A stretch of 64,000 nt of DNA, from NCBI RefSeq assembly GCF_006345805.1, contig NC_042999.1:33480001-33544000 (forward strand), read 5' to 3'. This stretch comes from Octopus sinensis. Taxonomy: Eukaryota. Within the stretch, counting starts at the first letter, position 1. Each line of letters starts with the position of its first letter. Below are positions 1 through 13,844 of the stretch, piece by piece. The notes under the pieces are model-generated. The model searched no databases. It was not told where the DNA came from and saw only the letters and a program-made list of their open reading frames with translations. Both the position numbers and the translations under genes were made by a program.

Positions 1-1297
1 TGTATGTACATATCTTCTTGCATATGAACACGTTTTATGAATGCAATATTAAAAACCCTGAAGTCCAATTCATTCTTAGAATTGAAGATATGACAGTAAA
101 TTATATTTCGTAATGATTCGCAGGAATATTACTTTTGCTCTAATATCCTATCAATAGCTGCTTATCAATCTTTTCAAACAATTTCTCATGTAAGATGTTA
201 TGGATTAAGGTTCGAAATAGTATAAGAATCGGCATCTGATACACAATTCTGCCTTACTATTTGTATATGTGATTGCTGAACATCATTTAGCTTATATCAG
301 ATTCTAGAAAATCTCAGGTATATAAAACTACCTGCAGATTCATGTTCTACTTTGTAATTACTAAGGCAGAAATCATTTCTTTCTGGAATAACAATGGTTT
401 GCGCATGTCTAAAGAACTAAATATATAAATACCTGACATGAATGTTAATTCCAATACAATATTCGTATAATTCATCACCGCTTTAACGATGATGTTTTTC
501 TTTTCATATTCACAGAAGCGTCTAATGAAGAAGTGAGAATCTTCATGAAATGTCAGTTTACTACCTGTTTATATATAATGATTCCATGTTGAGTCCATGA
601 ATAACCATTCTATGAAATCTAAATAAATTACAAAAACAAATTTATCAAGAAAACTAATGAAAAACAAAAAAATTATAAATTTAACTGAATCAAATTTGAT
701 ATTTCGTGTAATGACAATGGTAGCAGAATGTTACTATATTTGTAGTCTAAAACACAATAAATGACATCTCTATTCGTCTTCATTATATATTTAATACTTA
801 ATAAGAAGCAAATAATGAAAATACAATGTCACGCAATAATTCATTGTTTAGAAATAAATTTCAATGATCAGCTCCACAGTAAATAAGTATAGAAGCATAG
901 AGTTCCCTTTTGTGATTCTTAGATGCTAAATATGTCTATAGCATGTATCTAAAAATGTGTGAATATATTCTAGCAGGTATAGAAGCAATAAGCACCACAA
1001 TTGCATGCAATTAACAGTTTGGAAATAAGAATGGAATAAATAGTTGTATAATACACGATTTAAAGTGTTCTTAATTGCCTGTTGGTATTTGGAGATGGTT
1101 ATTTGAATAAGTGTGCAATATTTCTGTCAATTATGAGATTTAATTTCTGATTTATGAGATTTTATATCATGCTAAATATTCAATTATTGTAATGAATATG
1201 TATATGTATATGTGCGGGTGTTTGCGTGCGTGTGTTTATGCACGCTTATATATAAGGGTATATGTGTGTGAGGGTGTTTGTGCATATATTCTTTTAC

Positions 1298-1517
1298 ACT
1301 TTTACACGTTTCAGTCATTTGAGAACGGCTATGCTGGAGCACCACCTGAAAGGGCTTTTTAGTCTGAGAAATCGACCTCAGGATTTATTTTCAACCAAGT
1401 ACTTATTTTATCCGTGTCTTTGCCGAACTTCTAGGTTACGGGGACATAACACCACCTTCGTTTGTCAAGTGACAAACACAGACACCAACAGACACACACA
1501 CATACATACATATACGA

Positions 1518-1550
<33 letters not shown>

Positions 1551-1697
1551 CGACTGGCTTATTTCAGACACCCTCTACCACTCACAAGGCTTTGGTAGGC
1601 CCAACGTTGTACTGGGAAACACTTGCCCAGGGAACTGAACCGGAACCATGTAGTTAAGAAGCAACATTCTTACCACACATCCACGCCTGCGCCTATA
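1298..1697 (-). mobile_element. tRNA-derived SINE, family 1 (internal TA/CA microsatellite), diverged copy
   Basis: Reverse complement aligns by eye to the intact copy at 7404-7820, including the head TAGGCGCAGG..TGTGTGGTA and the tail ..GCTCCAGCAT..AATGACTGAAAC. Confidence 0.85.
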
Positions 1698-1711
1698 TGC
1701 ATATATATATG

Positions 1712-1742
<31 letters not shown>

Positions 1743-2099
1743 TTGTGTGTGAGTATGTGTGTGCGTGTGTACATGTCTGTGTGAGTGTATGCATGCATAA
1801 ATATGAAGGAATATGTATGTAAATGCATCTGAGTATAAATGAATATATTTACGAGTTTTTATTTCAATAAATGCTTTGTTATTATCACATCAGAGTAAAT
1901 GTCTGAAGTAGACGTCCTTATCAGTCTTCATATTTGATTCCGCAACACGTTTAGAAATATACAGAATATACAGGCTATATTTATTTCCTTTGTTATCGCC
2001 TGTTTCACAAAGTCACTCTTCCTATATGCACACGCACATGTGCAGAGTGAAGGCCACGCATAAATGTTTGCGTGTATGTATGCATGCATATGCTCGTGG

Positions 2100-2415
<316 letters not shown>

Positions 2416-2559
2416 GATGTGCGTGCAGATAGATTCAACCATTGTTGCTCACACTGAAATAGTTCGGTGGACAGTCTTTCGGATCTCTCTTCGGCGACCA
2501 GAAAGCGTTGGACGACTGTTTTCATATATTCTGCGTGAAACGACTTCTTTCCTGTATTC

Positions 2560-2690
2560 TGAAGGTTTCCAGGTCAACTGCTCGACGGATTCCCGATGGA
2601 CAACTTCGCGGTGGATAACTGCCCGACGGACTACTGATAGGTATCTGCCCGATAGGGACAACTGCCCGATAGACAATTCCCCCCCTATCT
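2560..2690. repeat. Short subterminal repeat array (GGACAACTGCCCGA-like units), probable terminus of a MULE DNA transposon
   Basis: About 5 imperfect ~16-20 bp units ending in a C run, ~190 bp upstream of the MULE transposase remnant. Confidence 0.5.
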
Positions 2691-2877
2691 TTATCTGTCA
2701 TTCATGTCACTTTTATTTGTCATTTGGGCGAATCTGTCTGTACTCAAAAATCGTATTGTCCTTCAGTTTGCTGAACTAATGGACCATTAGCTGTGGAAAG
2801 GCCTAGAAACTCTATTAACAGTAGAGCTCGTGAAACGTGTTTTTTTTTATTTTATTTTATATACAATGGTTAGTGCC

Positions 2878-3415
2878 CATGCATTTCGTTAAAACTCAAC
2901 GTGGTAGGTTGAATTGCTGCTATAATGGTCACGTCTACGTTAAGAACAAGGATTTACCCTCTAGAAATACGTTCTACGAATGTAAACGCCGCCAGCATAA
3001 CAACTGCAAGGACAAAATTATACTGTGGGAAGACATAATCAACCAGGCACTGGGGCACACTCATACTGCAGGTATTCTTCATCAAGATCTGTATTTTTTC
3101 GTGAGGAACTGAAGGAGAAAGTTATTTCAACCCAGCAAATTTCACAACAAATTGTAACACAAATTTGTAGAATGGTTTGGAAACAGTCTCTACTCAACTA
3201 TCGGCCATGCGCAGTATCAGGCGGACGTTCAAATATATAAGCCAGCTATACACGCTCTGCATCCCATAACAAGAAACTTACACGTCATGGTCATTCCAGA
3301 TGAAAGCATAAAACCTGCAATGAGGAAAACTTCTTACTTTACGATAGTGCACCCAGTGAGAACTATATACTTTTGTTTTCTACTGAGTAAAACTATGCAA
3401 TTCTTTCAATCTTCA
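2878..3415 (+). pseudogene. MULE (Mutator-like) transposase remnant with N-terminal FLYWCH-type Zn finger
   Basis: MHFVKTQRGRLNCCYNGHVYVKNKDL..FYECKRRQHNNCKDK..GHTH is FLYWCH-like. After frameshifts, VIPDE / TCNEENFLLYDSAPSENYILLFSTE* resembles the segment preceding the MULE DDE core. Confidence 0.75.
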
Positions 3416-4031
3416 ACCTCACCTCATGGACGCATCTCTGTCACACTTTAACATTCTTCCATTGTGTCTCTCACTCTTCACACTTTCTTTCCACTAGTCA
3501 AGTTACAGCGTAACGCATTTCGGCATTCACGGATTCATATATAGATGTTACAGATATAGTACCTAAATATTGTTCATGTACATAGAAGCGATTGATACGC
3601 ATATATAAATATTTGTTGGTCATTAATTACATTAATTAAGATTTAAAGGCATTCAACTATTAGACAGAAGCCGTTGCTGGAGTTAGTGGTATGAAACGGA
3701 GATCCCAACTAAAGAGAGAATGTGTGTATTTGTATGTGTCTATGTAATCTTATATAAGTTTACGTATGCGTACACGTATGCGAGCCTGTGTGTGTGCATG
3801 TTTGCATGTATCTATGTGTATGTATGAGTAAGTTGTGCACACATAGGGATGTATATATCCAGTCATCAATATAGATACTTCTTACAAGTCAATGTTTACT
3901 GTTAGAATGTTGGTGTCAATATACCACAGTGTTATTTACTGTTAAAACATAGACGAGAAGGAGAGAGGATTCGAACATTTCTCTCCACCCACTGCCTATT
4001 TTTTAATATGTATATATAGGCATATATTATG

Positions 4032-4066
<35 letters not shown>

Positions 4067-4209
4067 ACAAATATATATATACACATACATACAAGCGTAC
4101 GTACATACCCATACACAGACAGGAGACAGACACACACACACAACACACATATATTATATATATATATATATATATTTATACATGTACATATATACATACA
4201 TACACGCAT

Positions 4210-4270
<61 letters not shown>

Positions 4271-4700
4271 GAAATGCCTGTAGCAAGATATGTATTCGAA
4301 TATGACGTATAGCCGTATTCAAGCATGACAACCTACTTCCCTTCATAATCAATTTTCACATCATCCACGCACATATTTTCAAATATAAATGAAAATAATT
4401 TGATCAACTCCAGGCTATGGTAGAAACCACATACCCTGTAAAATGTGCTTGATGATTCTTCTAATTTTCTTCGCCATAGTGTACACATTTATGAAACAGC
4501 GTTCTCTTCTTTATATCAAAATTGTTGTTTATACCGCATTTTCGCCTACGCGTTCATTAATGCTACCATTTCCTTTTAGAAGATTTTTCTGAACATCTTC
4601 ACCCGAATGAACAGAAGCTTTCAAGCAATCTTGTCACACACAATATATATATATATATATATATATAATTATATATATATATATATATATAATATATTTA

Positions 4701-5302
4701 CAGGGTAAATGTTTTTTAATTTTCTCCTGTTTACGGAATTGACTTTTATTTGCGGTTGAAGCTTGGCTGTTATTTCTAGTGGGTGAATGGCCTATTATGG
4801 CCGTTCCTTGATTGTTGATGTTGAACTTAAAAATGGTCTATGACTATTTAATTTTTTCCCACTAGGCCGCTGGTGGCGAAAAAAAATTCTACAAAATTTT
4901 TTTTGCCACCCTATATTGATTAATTATGAATTTTCTGGTTAATTCCGTAATGGAATCGACGGCTTATATTTATTGCTGCCGATAAATTGGCGCGAGTGCG
5001 ATGATTTGAAAATTTTAGGTCAGATATTACCTTGGCAGGGTCGGAAATGCCTCGTGAAAATATCTGTTCCGACTTGTGGCTATTTCTTACTGAAGAATCT
5101 GAGGCCTATGGAAGATTGGCTTGATTAATTTATCAGGTTAGTTTACCATTAAACAGCAGATGAAACGGTGCATCGTATAAGAAATACAGGGTAAATGTTT
5201 TTTAAATTTTCTCCTGTTTACGAATTGACTTTTATTTGCGGTTGAAGCTTTGGCTGTTATTTCTAGTGGGTGAATGGCCTATTATGGCTGTTCCTTGATT
5301 GT

Positions 5303-5305
<3 letters not shown>
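4701..5305. repeat. ~600 bp element bounded by ~115 bp direct repeats (4701-4815 and 5187-5305), inside (TA)n
   Basis: CAGGGTAAATGTTTTTTAA..GTTCCTTGATTGTTGAT occurs twice, nearly identical. Partial-tandem architecture is typical of PLE remnants, but no coding evidence was found. Confidence 0.7.
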
Positions 5306-5350
<45 letters not shown>

Positions 5351-5369
5351 ATACACATATATATATGTT

Positions 5370-6230
5370 TTTGTGTTTTCGTTTTTTATTGTGTTCAACG
5401 TTGTTTTGATGTCCTCTACCCACATATGCATGTATATATACATATAGATGTAGGTATGTGCATATATGTATGTATATATGCATATATGTATACGTTGTTT
5501 ATATTATTGTATTATTATATGAGCTAACACCACGCATCCTTTTCCAAGTAAGTTTTATCGTAATAATTATGATGCGCACTCTTCACCTTCACCATTTCTC
5601 TTCTGTCTATCTCTATTCCTCTGTTGTTCTTCATCCCACCTTTCCCTATTCTTCTCCTCTCTGATTCACCGTTCCCTCTCTTTTACTTCTCCTCCTCCTC
5701 GACTCTCTCGTCACTGACACGTGATAGAGGGAAGATATCTTTCTAACTCCTATCTTCACCATGATCAGACCGCTTATCCTGTGTCTCTCATAAGCTGTCT
5801 CAAGCTTTCAGAATAATTTTTTCATCGCCTTGGCTTAACAACCCTCATCGTTTGTTTTTACCGTGTTATTCTCTTTCTTCTGTCTTTTACTGTTTCTGCT
5901 GTCTTGTTTTGTTCTTACTGTGCTGTTCTTGTTACCTTTTCATACCCCTCCGCAAAAAATCTCAAATTGTATTGAATTTGCTTTGCGGGAAGAACTGTTT
6001 CAGCGAAGTCTCGTCTTGTCCTTACCTTCGGACGCGGAGTAGCCGAAACAGGGACAACTGAGGAAGAGGAACATTCCTTGTGTCTTGTACTCTGTTTTTT
6101 CGTTGTTTGAAAAAAGGTCGTTTCCACGTTTTTGTATTTGTGTTTTCGTTTTTCATTGTGTTCAACGTTTTTTGATGTCCCATATATACATGTATATATA
6201 CATATAGATGTATGTACATATATGTATGCA
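5370..6230 (+). mobile_element. Penelope-like element 3' remnant with direct terminal repeats (5370-5480 ~ 6135-6240)
   Basis: Repeated TTGTGTTTTCGTTTT..ATTGTGTTCAACGTT..GATGTCC. Weak FHRLGLTTL resembles the PLE endonuclease C-terminus. A hammerhead-core remnant CTGAGGA-A-GAGGAA-CA-TTCCT lies at 6058-6078. Confidence 0.5.
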
Positions 6231-6269
6231 TATATGCAGATATTTATATTTATATATTATTTATGTTAT

Positions 6270-6301
<32 letters not shown>

Positions 6302-6350
6302 TACATGTATGTATATGCATATGTATATATATATATATATATATATATGC

Positions 6351-6421
<71 letters not shown>

Positions 6422-6425
<4 letters not shown>

Positions 6426-7281
6426 TGGTGTGATCAATACGTATCAGGATTGTTGCCATAGAGGCTACATCATGCAGAGCAAAGTAAAGCTGCTTGGCAC
6501 AGGTTAACCTTAACTTCTGTTGTGCATGCTCACTAAGTTTTAACGTTCTAGCTTACTTCCTCTGTTTACAGCAGTGCTTGAAAAAAACGTGTGTAACGTG
6601 TGATCGCCGCACTGGCGGAGAACGTTGAGCAGAGAATGTATATCAAATTTTGTCAAAAGCTTGGCGATACCTGTTCAGAAGCCTACGTAAAGATTTCAAA
6701 AACTTTTCAGCGTTCTTGACACAATCAAGATCCTGTGCAACTGAAACCCAAGTTTCTTTTCGGTCAGCTACAAGCGGTTTTGGCACAAATTAGGCAGACA
6801 CGTGTCTCATTCACCAATCTTCGGGGATAATAGACTGAACTGTACCTCATCTGCACATCATCTGATAACCCACATATGGTGATTCGATGATTTCCTCTCA
6901 CAGCTGCCAGCTGCACGCACATCTGCGATGTTTTATATTCTCAAATCTGTTGCGAGCTTTCCAGAACGTTGGTCACTTTCGACATTTTTTCGGCCACTTG
7001 GATCCTTGTATGATCCAAACGTATCCTTATATGCAACTCATACTCTCTTCTCCATACACTTTCTGGAAGCTTCTAAGCAGGTATCGCCATGACACTTTTG
7101 TCTGTCATGATCAATGCGACGATCACACGTTACACACGTTACTTCTAAGCACTGCAATAAACAGCAGAAGCGAGCTAGTCCATTAAACCTTAGTTTGCAT
7201 GCACAACAGAGGTCATGGTTAATTTGTGCCAATCGGCTTTACTATGGCAACAGTCCGTATACTTTTTGATCAAACCTCGTA
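6422..7281. mobile_element. Mariner (Tc1/mariner) derivative built from two inverted left ends
   Basis: 40-bp terminal inverted repeats match at 32/40 and begin with TA. The + strand reads ENVEQRMYIKFCQKLGDTCSEAY (6618-6690). The - strand carries degenerate QKVYGEESMS, ESDQRSG, RHVSA*FVPK and VSVAQDLDCVKNAEKFLK. Confidence 0.8.
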
Positions 7282-7357
7282 TTTACATATATATATATAT
7301 ATTATATATATAATATATATTGGTAAAAATATATATATTATTTTACAAATATATATA

Positions 7358-7403
<46 letters not shown>

Positions 7404-7408
<5 letters not shown>

Positions 7409-7560
7409 CGCAGGAGTGGTTGTGTGGTAAGTAGCTTGCTAACCAGCCACATGGTTCCGGGTTCAGTCCCACTGCGTGGCATTTTGGGCAAGTGTCTTCT
7501 GCTATAGCCCCGGGCCGACCAATGCCATGTGAGTGGATTTGCTGAAAGAAGCCTGTCGTA

Positions 7561-7603
<43 letters not shown>

Positions 7604-7820
7604 ATGTGTTTGTGTGTCTGTGTTTGTCCCCCCAGCATTGCTTGACAACCGATGCTGGTGTGTTTACGTCCCCGTCACTTAGCGGTTCGGCAATAGAGAC
7701 CGATAGAATAAGTACTGGGCTTACAAAGAATAAGTCCCGGGGTCGATTTGCTCGACTAAAAAAAGGCGGTGCTCCAGCATGGCCGCAGTCAAATGACTGA
7801 AACAAGTAAAAGAGTAAAAT
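7404..7820 (+). mobile_element. tRNA-derived SINE, family 1, near-intact copy
   Basis: tRNA-like head with A-box-like GTGGTTGTGTGG and B-box GGTTCAGTCCC, central domain, internal (TA)n(TG)n, 3' domain ending GACTGAAACAAGTAAAAGAGTAAAA. Several homologs occur in the window. Confidence 0.9.
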
Positions 7821-8759
7821 AGTATATATAAAATAAGCAACAAGAATGACTCCGGTAATAAACATGGAGAGAGAGAGGGGGGGAGAGATCCTCTCTTACT
7901 AACAGAAATACGTATATTTAAAACTGTATACACGTATGCATAAGTACGAAACAGCACAATACAGATCCGCTGTTTATTTATAAGTAATGAGGTCCTTTGT
8001 CCATACACATTTTGTATATAATTTCGTATTTGATTTCATAAATATGATACAAGCTGCGCCCATGGGAATTCATCAGTTGTCGTGACTAGCATATATTTAT
8101 ACAGTTGCGTATTATACTGCTCATGCAATCTATAAAAGTGGGTGTTTTGTAGAATAGGGAACTGAATGACTTTATTTCCTTTCATTACCTTATCTATAAT
8201 GGCGTTATCTTAATTACATTCATATCAGTATTTTGATCAAATCAATGAATTATTACATTCATTATACATGAATAATGGTTAATTATCGTTATAAAGTCAT
8301 ATTATTAATTTAATATTTCCATATGTGCAACGCTTTAGTGATAACTTTCTCTGGTCCCACTTAAGGCATTATGCAACTTTACACTGATTGAGTATTCATT
8401 ACAGTAAATTGTCTTACAAAACGCAATATTTATTATCATAGAATAAGTCATTGAAGCCAACACTGTGTTCTTTATCAAATTAAATTTCCAGTCACTCTCT
8501 GCTAGTCTAATTCCAGGTATTAACTCTAACCTTCATGCAAATCTACCCCAGTCGTTTAAGGCAATTAGGATGTAATTTTGACCGAAACTGAACTTAATTG
8601 TTGAAGTGAATTCAACGGTTTTTTGTGTGTTCTTAATTGGCTTATAAACATCTACGTTACAATTGTCTTTGTTTCAGCAGCACACGATCTGAGATCAAAT
8701 CACTTGTTATGCGAATACAACTACGTAAAACATACATACACACACACAAGCCACAACAC

Positions 8760-8864
8760 ACAATATATATATATATATATATTATATTATAATATATATA
8801 TATTATATATATATAATATATATATATATATATTAATACATATATACATATATATATATATTAT

Positions 8865-8912
<48 letters not shown>

Positions 8913-8941
8913 TATTATATATATATGTATATAAAATATAT

Positions 8942-9023
<82 letters not shown>

Positions 9024-9050
9024 TATCTATATATATATATATATATATAT
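8760..9050. repeat. (TA)n microsatellite
   Basis: Direct reading. Many similar tracts occur throughout, e.g. 45190-45500, 52480-52850. Confidence 0.95.
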
Positions 9051-10069
9051 ACAGACATAATACCTATATAATCAGCAAAACTGACTGACTGAATAATTAC
9101 TAAGCTTAAAGAAATAAAACTTCTCGTCTCTTTTTCACGTTCAAAAATCAGAAATCTATATAAAAATAAAAACTTAAAAGCCTTAAATGTGGTGCCACAG
9201 CATGGCCGTATTCAAATGACTGAAACAACTAAATAATAAAATATATACTTTAATAGTATCCTGTGTTAGGTGTGGAATATTTTTCAACCCTATCCGATAG
9301 AGGGCGGTTCCTTCAAATTCCTACTGACACCACTAATATTGTCAAGGCATTATCAGTGGCATGAGCAGCCCAAGAGAATATTGAAAACTCATTATAGGAA
9401 ATAAATCATTCTTTCTTCGAAGAAAAGGAAAAGATTGCTCAGTAGTAGGAGATATATTACAAGAGCATATATCAACGATACCTTTAGACAATGGAGGTTA
9501 TATTACGCCTCTTCACCTAACAGCAGTGTGGTACTAACATCTGCTGATGCAATACTTGGCCTATTGAAATACTGTTTCAGCATTAGAAACAAGAATATCC
9601 ATTAGCTACGTATAACCACATCCTCCTGAAGCAGTGATGTAGACACCTCTACATTCCGGTATTTTTCTTCCGATAATCAGATATAATTCTCTGTTTACTA
9701 TTCTCAATATTTACACTTTGTGTTAGATATAAAATTCTTGCTCATATATTTCCGTAAATTCTCCAGGAATACTTAGTTCTATCATGCACTGGTGATGTAT
9801 TCAGTTATGATTACAATTTGATTTATTGCATGTATATCGGCGATTTTGGCTTCTATTTCTTTTCTATATGAACATTTCAATAACTGATTCTGTAACTCCT
9901 TTTCAAAGCTGAATTAATTATGAATACAATAAGTAAAAATGGTTGCACACCAGATGAAGAATTTTTCAAGGGCATCATTATAGGCCCTGCACTTCAATTT
10001 AGAACCTAATCCCATAAAAAACGTATTTTTTAATTGAAAACCCTAATTAATATAAATTCTAGAAAACAA

Positions 10070-10262
10070 GACGGTGAGCTGGCAGAATCATTAGCATTCT
10101 GGGCAAAAAAAAAATGCTTAGCTGCTTACCTTCGGAGCTCAAATTCCTCCGAGATCGAATTTGTCATTCTATGCAACCGTGTCAATAATATAAGTACTAC
10201 TGGGTTGATTTAATCGACTTATCACCTTCCCAAAGCTATTGACTTCGTGTCAAAATTCGACA
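10070..10262 (+). mobile_element. tRNA-derived SINE, family 2, degenerate
   Basis: GACGGTGAGCTGGCAGAATCATTAGC..TCAAATTCC.CCGAGATCGA.. matches the copy at 40889-41115. Confidence 0.75.
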
Positions 10263-11376
10263 ACCAATATAAATGCTAGAATAAATTATATTTTTTCCCC
10301 TTATTTAAATCTCTATTTGTTTATGATATGCTAAGTGTCCAGCAGAAAACCAGGTATATGTAGCCGAATATAGAAATGTGTATGAAGTGAGATAGTTTTT
10401 TATGAGCCGTATCTATGAAATGAGATTCAAAACACAAATTACAAGAAAATAACCATCTTGAGAAGAATAATCTCTGCGCCCCAATCCTACGCAGAATATA
10501 TGCTCTCAGCCTAAGAAGTAAGGAGTTAAGGGAATTGACAAACTAAGCGATGAAATCAGAAAGTTATTTAAATCAGTAATGAAGCTACTTTTTCAAAGCG
10601 GCAGTTTCATAAAATATACATACCGAGTGACATTATTAGATTCGTTGAATACTATATATTCTCTTAGTCCAAATATCTTGTGCATTAATCAACGTTAGAC
10701 TTACATCACACAACAGAGTTAGAAGGAAATGAACGTAGAGTAATATATCCATGGACGTGAACAAATTACCAACAAAATTCACATTGTAAATTGGAAATCT
10801 ATTGAGCAAAATCACTGGTTTTGGTGTCTTATATTTGTCTCCATAGATAGATTCGTAGGTACTTCATATGATAAATTATCATATAAGGTACCAACCACAT
10901 GCAGCATCACAGAAAAAGCTCCTACTTACTCCCGTGGTGTTCGAATTTATCAGCTCTTCATTCACAGCAAATTCTTTGTTCAGTTGCATCTAGTAATATC
11001 TATCAATAGGAAATTTCATTTATATTTTTACCACTTCGGATATGCTTAATAAATCTTTGGTTGCTAATAACCCGAAAGTATCATACTGGAGCAAGGAGAC
11101 AGGCAAATTCATACATTCCACAAGTATTGAAACTGTTATCCGTTTCCCACTGAAATATCCCGCCCTATTGAAAGTCGAATGACTGAAGTCAACACCCGGT
11201 CTGCCCCAAAATTGGGACAAGTGATCAGAGAAATATTGTTACAAACTCGCTGAAGCAGGCGCGTTACCTGACCTACCTATTAAAGGTCTAAATACCCACG
11301 CAGAGAAGCTCTTTTAAGCTTCTTATGATTTTATCTACTGTATATCAGTACGTCTGTCAATATGAGCTTGATATAA

Positions 11377-11585
11377 GGCAGAGAGGTGGCAGAAGTCTTA
11401 GCACACTGGTAGAAATACCTATCGGCGTTTTGTCCGCTTTTACACTCTTAGTTTAAATTCTGCCGCAGTCAACTTTGCCTTTCATCATTTTAATATCGAT
11501 AAAATAAGCAACATTGAACTCTGAGCTCGATATAATCAACTAAACCCTCCCCCAAAATTGATAGCGTCGTATCAAAATGTGAAAC
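11377..11585 (+). mobile_element. tRNA-derived SINE, family 2, degenerate
   Basis: GGTGGCAGAAGTCTTAGCAC..AAATTCTGCCGCAGTCAACTTTGCCTTTCATC. Confidence 0.7.
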
Positions 11586-13668
11586 TAGTATGGACTTGAT
11601 GTAAGCTCAGAGAAGTCTATAAGGACCTCTACTATTACTATTTTATTCTGGTGGACCCCATACCCATTCGATGTTTAAAAACTAGTTTTACAGAAATTTC
11701 TTTCGAAATTCCAAATGTGTCTTTCACACCTTGACTTGTGTCGGTTGAACTATGTAAGGTGTTAAAGAAAGAAACCTAGCTATCTCTTGCAATACATACC
11801 AATACATACATGGAAGGCAAAATATTTTCAGGGGCTCATAAATTATTTTTGTGGATCCCTAATTTACTATTTTGCTCTGCCCCCCCCCCCCCCAACACCG
11901 AAAAATATTATATGGACCCTCAGTGGGTATATGAACCATGGTTGAGACGCACTGGTCTAATGAATGTGGAGCTGAGACTAACTATATAGGTTGACTGTTA
12001 CTTTCTGTTTTCCGCGCCCACTTGTGTTTACTGTAACACACACACAGAGACACACACACGCACACACACACGCACACACAAATACACACATGCACACACA
12101 TGCATATTCATATACATGTAAGTATGAATGTGTGTTTGTGTTTGAGTCTGTATATATATATGTGTTTGTGTGTGTTTGTTTGTGTGTTTGTGTGTATCGT
12201 CTCTGTCCTAAAACTCTGTTTTTTATGTTTGGTATGATAAATTTATGTATACAACGCAATGAGAACTATAGCAAAGAGTATGTTTTTATATTTTAAATAT
12301 ATGTTAATAAAATCTTTGTAGTAAATTATGTTTATAAGTTATTGATCTATTACTTTACAAATAATTGATTGCTGGCTCTCTTCTTTATGAAAAGACTACA
12401 GATTTAACGCCCGTCTTTTACACAATGCATTCACAACTTGGCACATCCAAACTGGCTTGTCTTCTTCATTTTCCTTCCCTTGCAAATAACCAGTTTACTG
12501 TAGAATATTAACAGACCGCATTATCCGAGATTCACTTCAAATACAATGACAACTTCTACGCAAACGTAACAAGTTGCATCTTATGCCTCATTGTAAGCTT
12601 ATTATATCTATGTAAAACACGTTGGACGATGGTTCATCAATTTACAGACCATATGATGTATATACAATAAAGAATCATTTCAATAAGTTGACATCTCAAT
12701 CCTATACGAATCTTAATCTGCCACCCGTGTTTTTTACCATCTCATGGCACTATGCTTTCTTTTCCTCTGCCAACAATAGTATCTCTTTCGATTTAAGATA
12801 GACACCTATATAGGTATTACTAGGTACCTCTCCAATAAATAACTCCGTTATAGCAAACACTCATGTAACACCAATATATCAACCTAATTTTCAGTGTGAA
12901 AATATATATTTGTTATCTATACATTCACACTGTTCCACTACCAGCCATTTTTTTTTCTTATTAATCACTACGCTTTCCTACGCTACAAAGACATAACAAG
13001 TTTTATTTGACTCTTGCCTCGAATTATTATGAATGAATTACCGCATTTCTATATCCAAATCCTTTTCCTCTGCCCTGTAGATTTATTTTTTTGAAATACT
13101 GCCTTCTTCATTTCACACTTTAGTACTTTGTCTTCGTTGCTATTCTTGCTATTACTAATAGTTTCCTTCACTCTATTGCTTGTTTTCTATTTCAATCCTT
13201 TACGCTTTATTGTTTTTACTCACTGAACTACGCCAAAGTCGAGCCAGCACCGTAAAGAACAAATTCAACTAGTATATATTTTAACATTTGCTGTATATTT
13301 TATTGGTTTCTTATGATACTAGTTAGGGAACGCACAAAAACCACCATATGTTGCAGAAAGATTATACGGTTCATTTCAAATTATGCTTTTTGCGTGTGAT
13401 AAGTCACCATGAATTCAAAATTGCAAGTTGTATTGTAGATAACAAACGCACACACACACACATTCGTATATATATATATATTTACATATAAAGGAGTATG
13501 TATGTGTGCGTTTGTGTGTGTATGTATCTGTGTGTGTGTGTGTGTGTCTGTGTGTCTGTGTGTGTGTTAGTGTAATTTAATTTTTATCTATAGGATGTAA
13601 TATTTGTCTATATGGTATTATTTAATTTTTTCATTGTTGAATTGATGGAAAGAGGATTTTTTTCTAAG

Positions 13669-13744
<76 letters not shown>

Positions 13745-13844
13745 GTATATATATATATATGTATAAGGGTGGAAAGGAACACACGAGTTGATATATATGA
13801 AAAAACAAGTCAAAAATAGAAAATGCTAAGATGATTTTATAGTG

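Noticed and set aside
5150-5195. CAGAUGA...GAAAUAC in the direct-repeat element
   Set aside because: U4 is missing and stems II/III are poorly formed.
7404-7480. tRNA-like sequences at SINE heads
   Set aside because: A/B boxes only; I could not fold a full cloverleaf, and they continue into SINE bodies.
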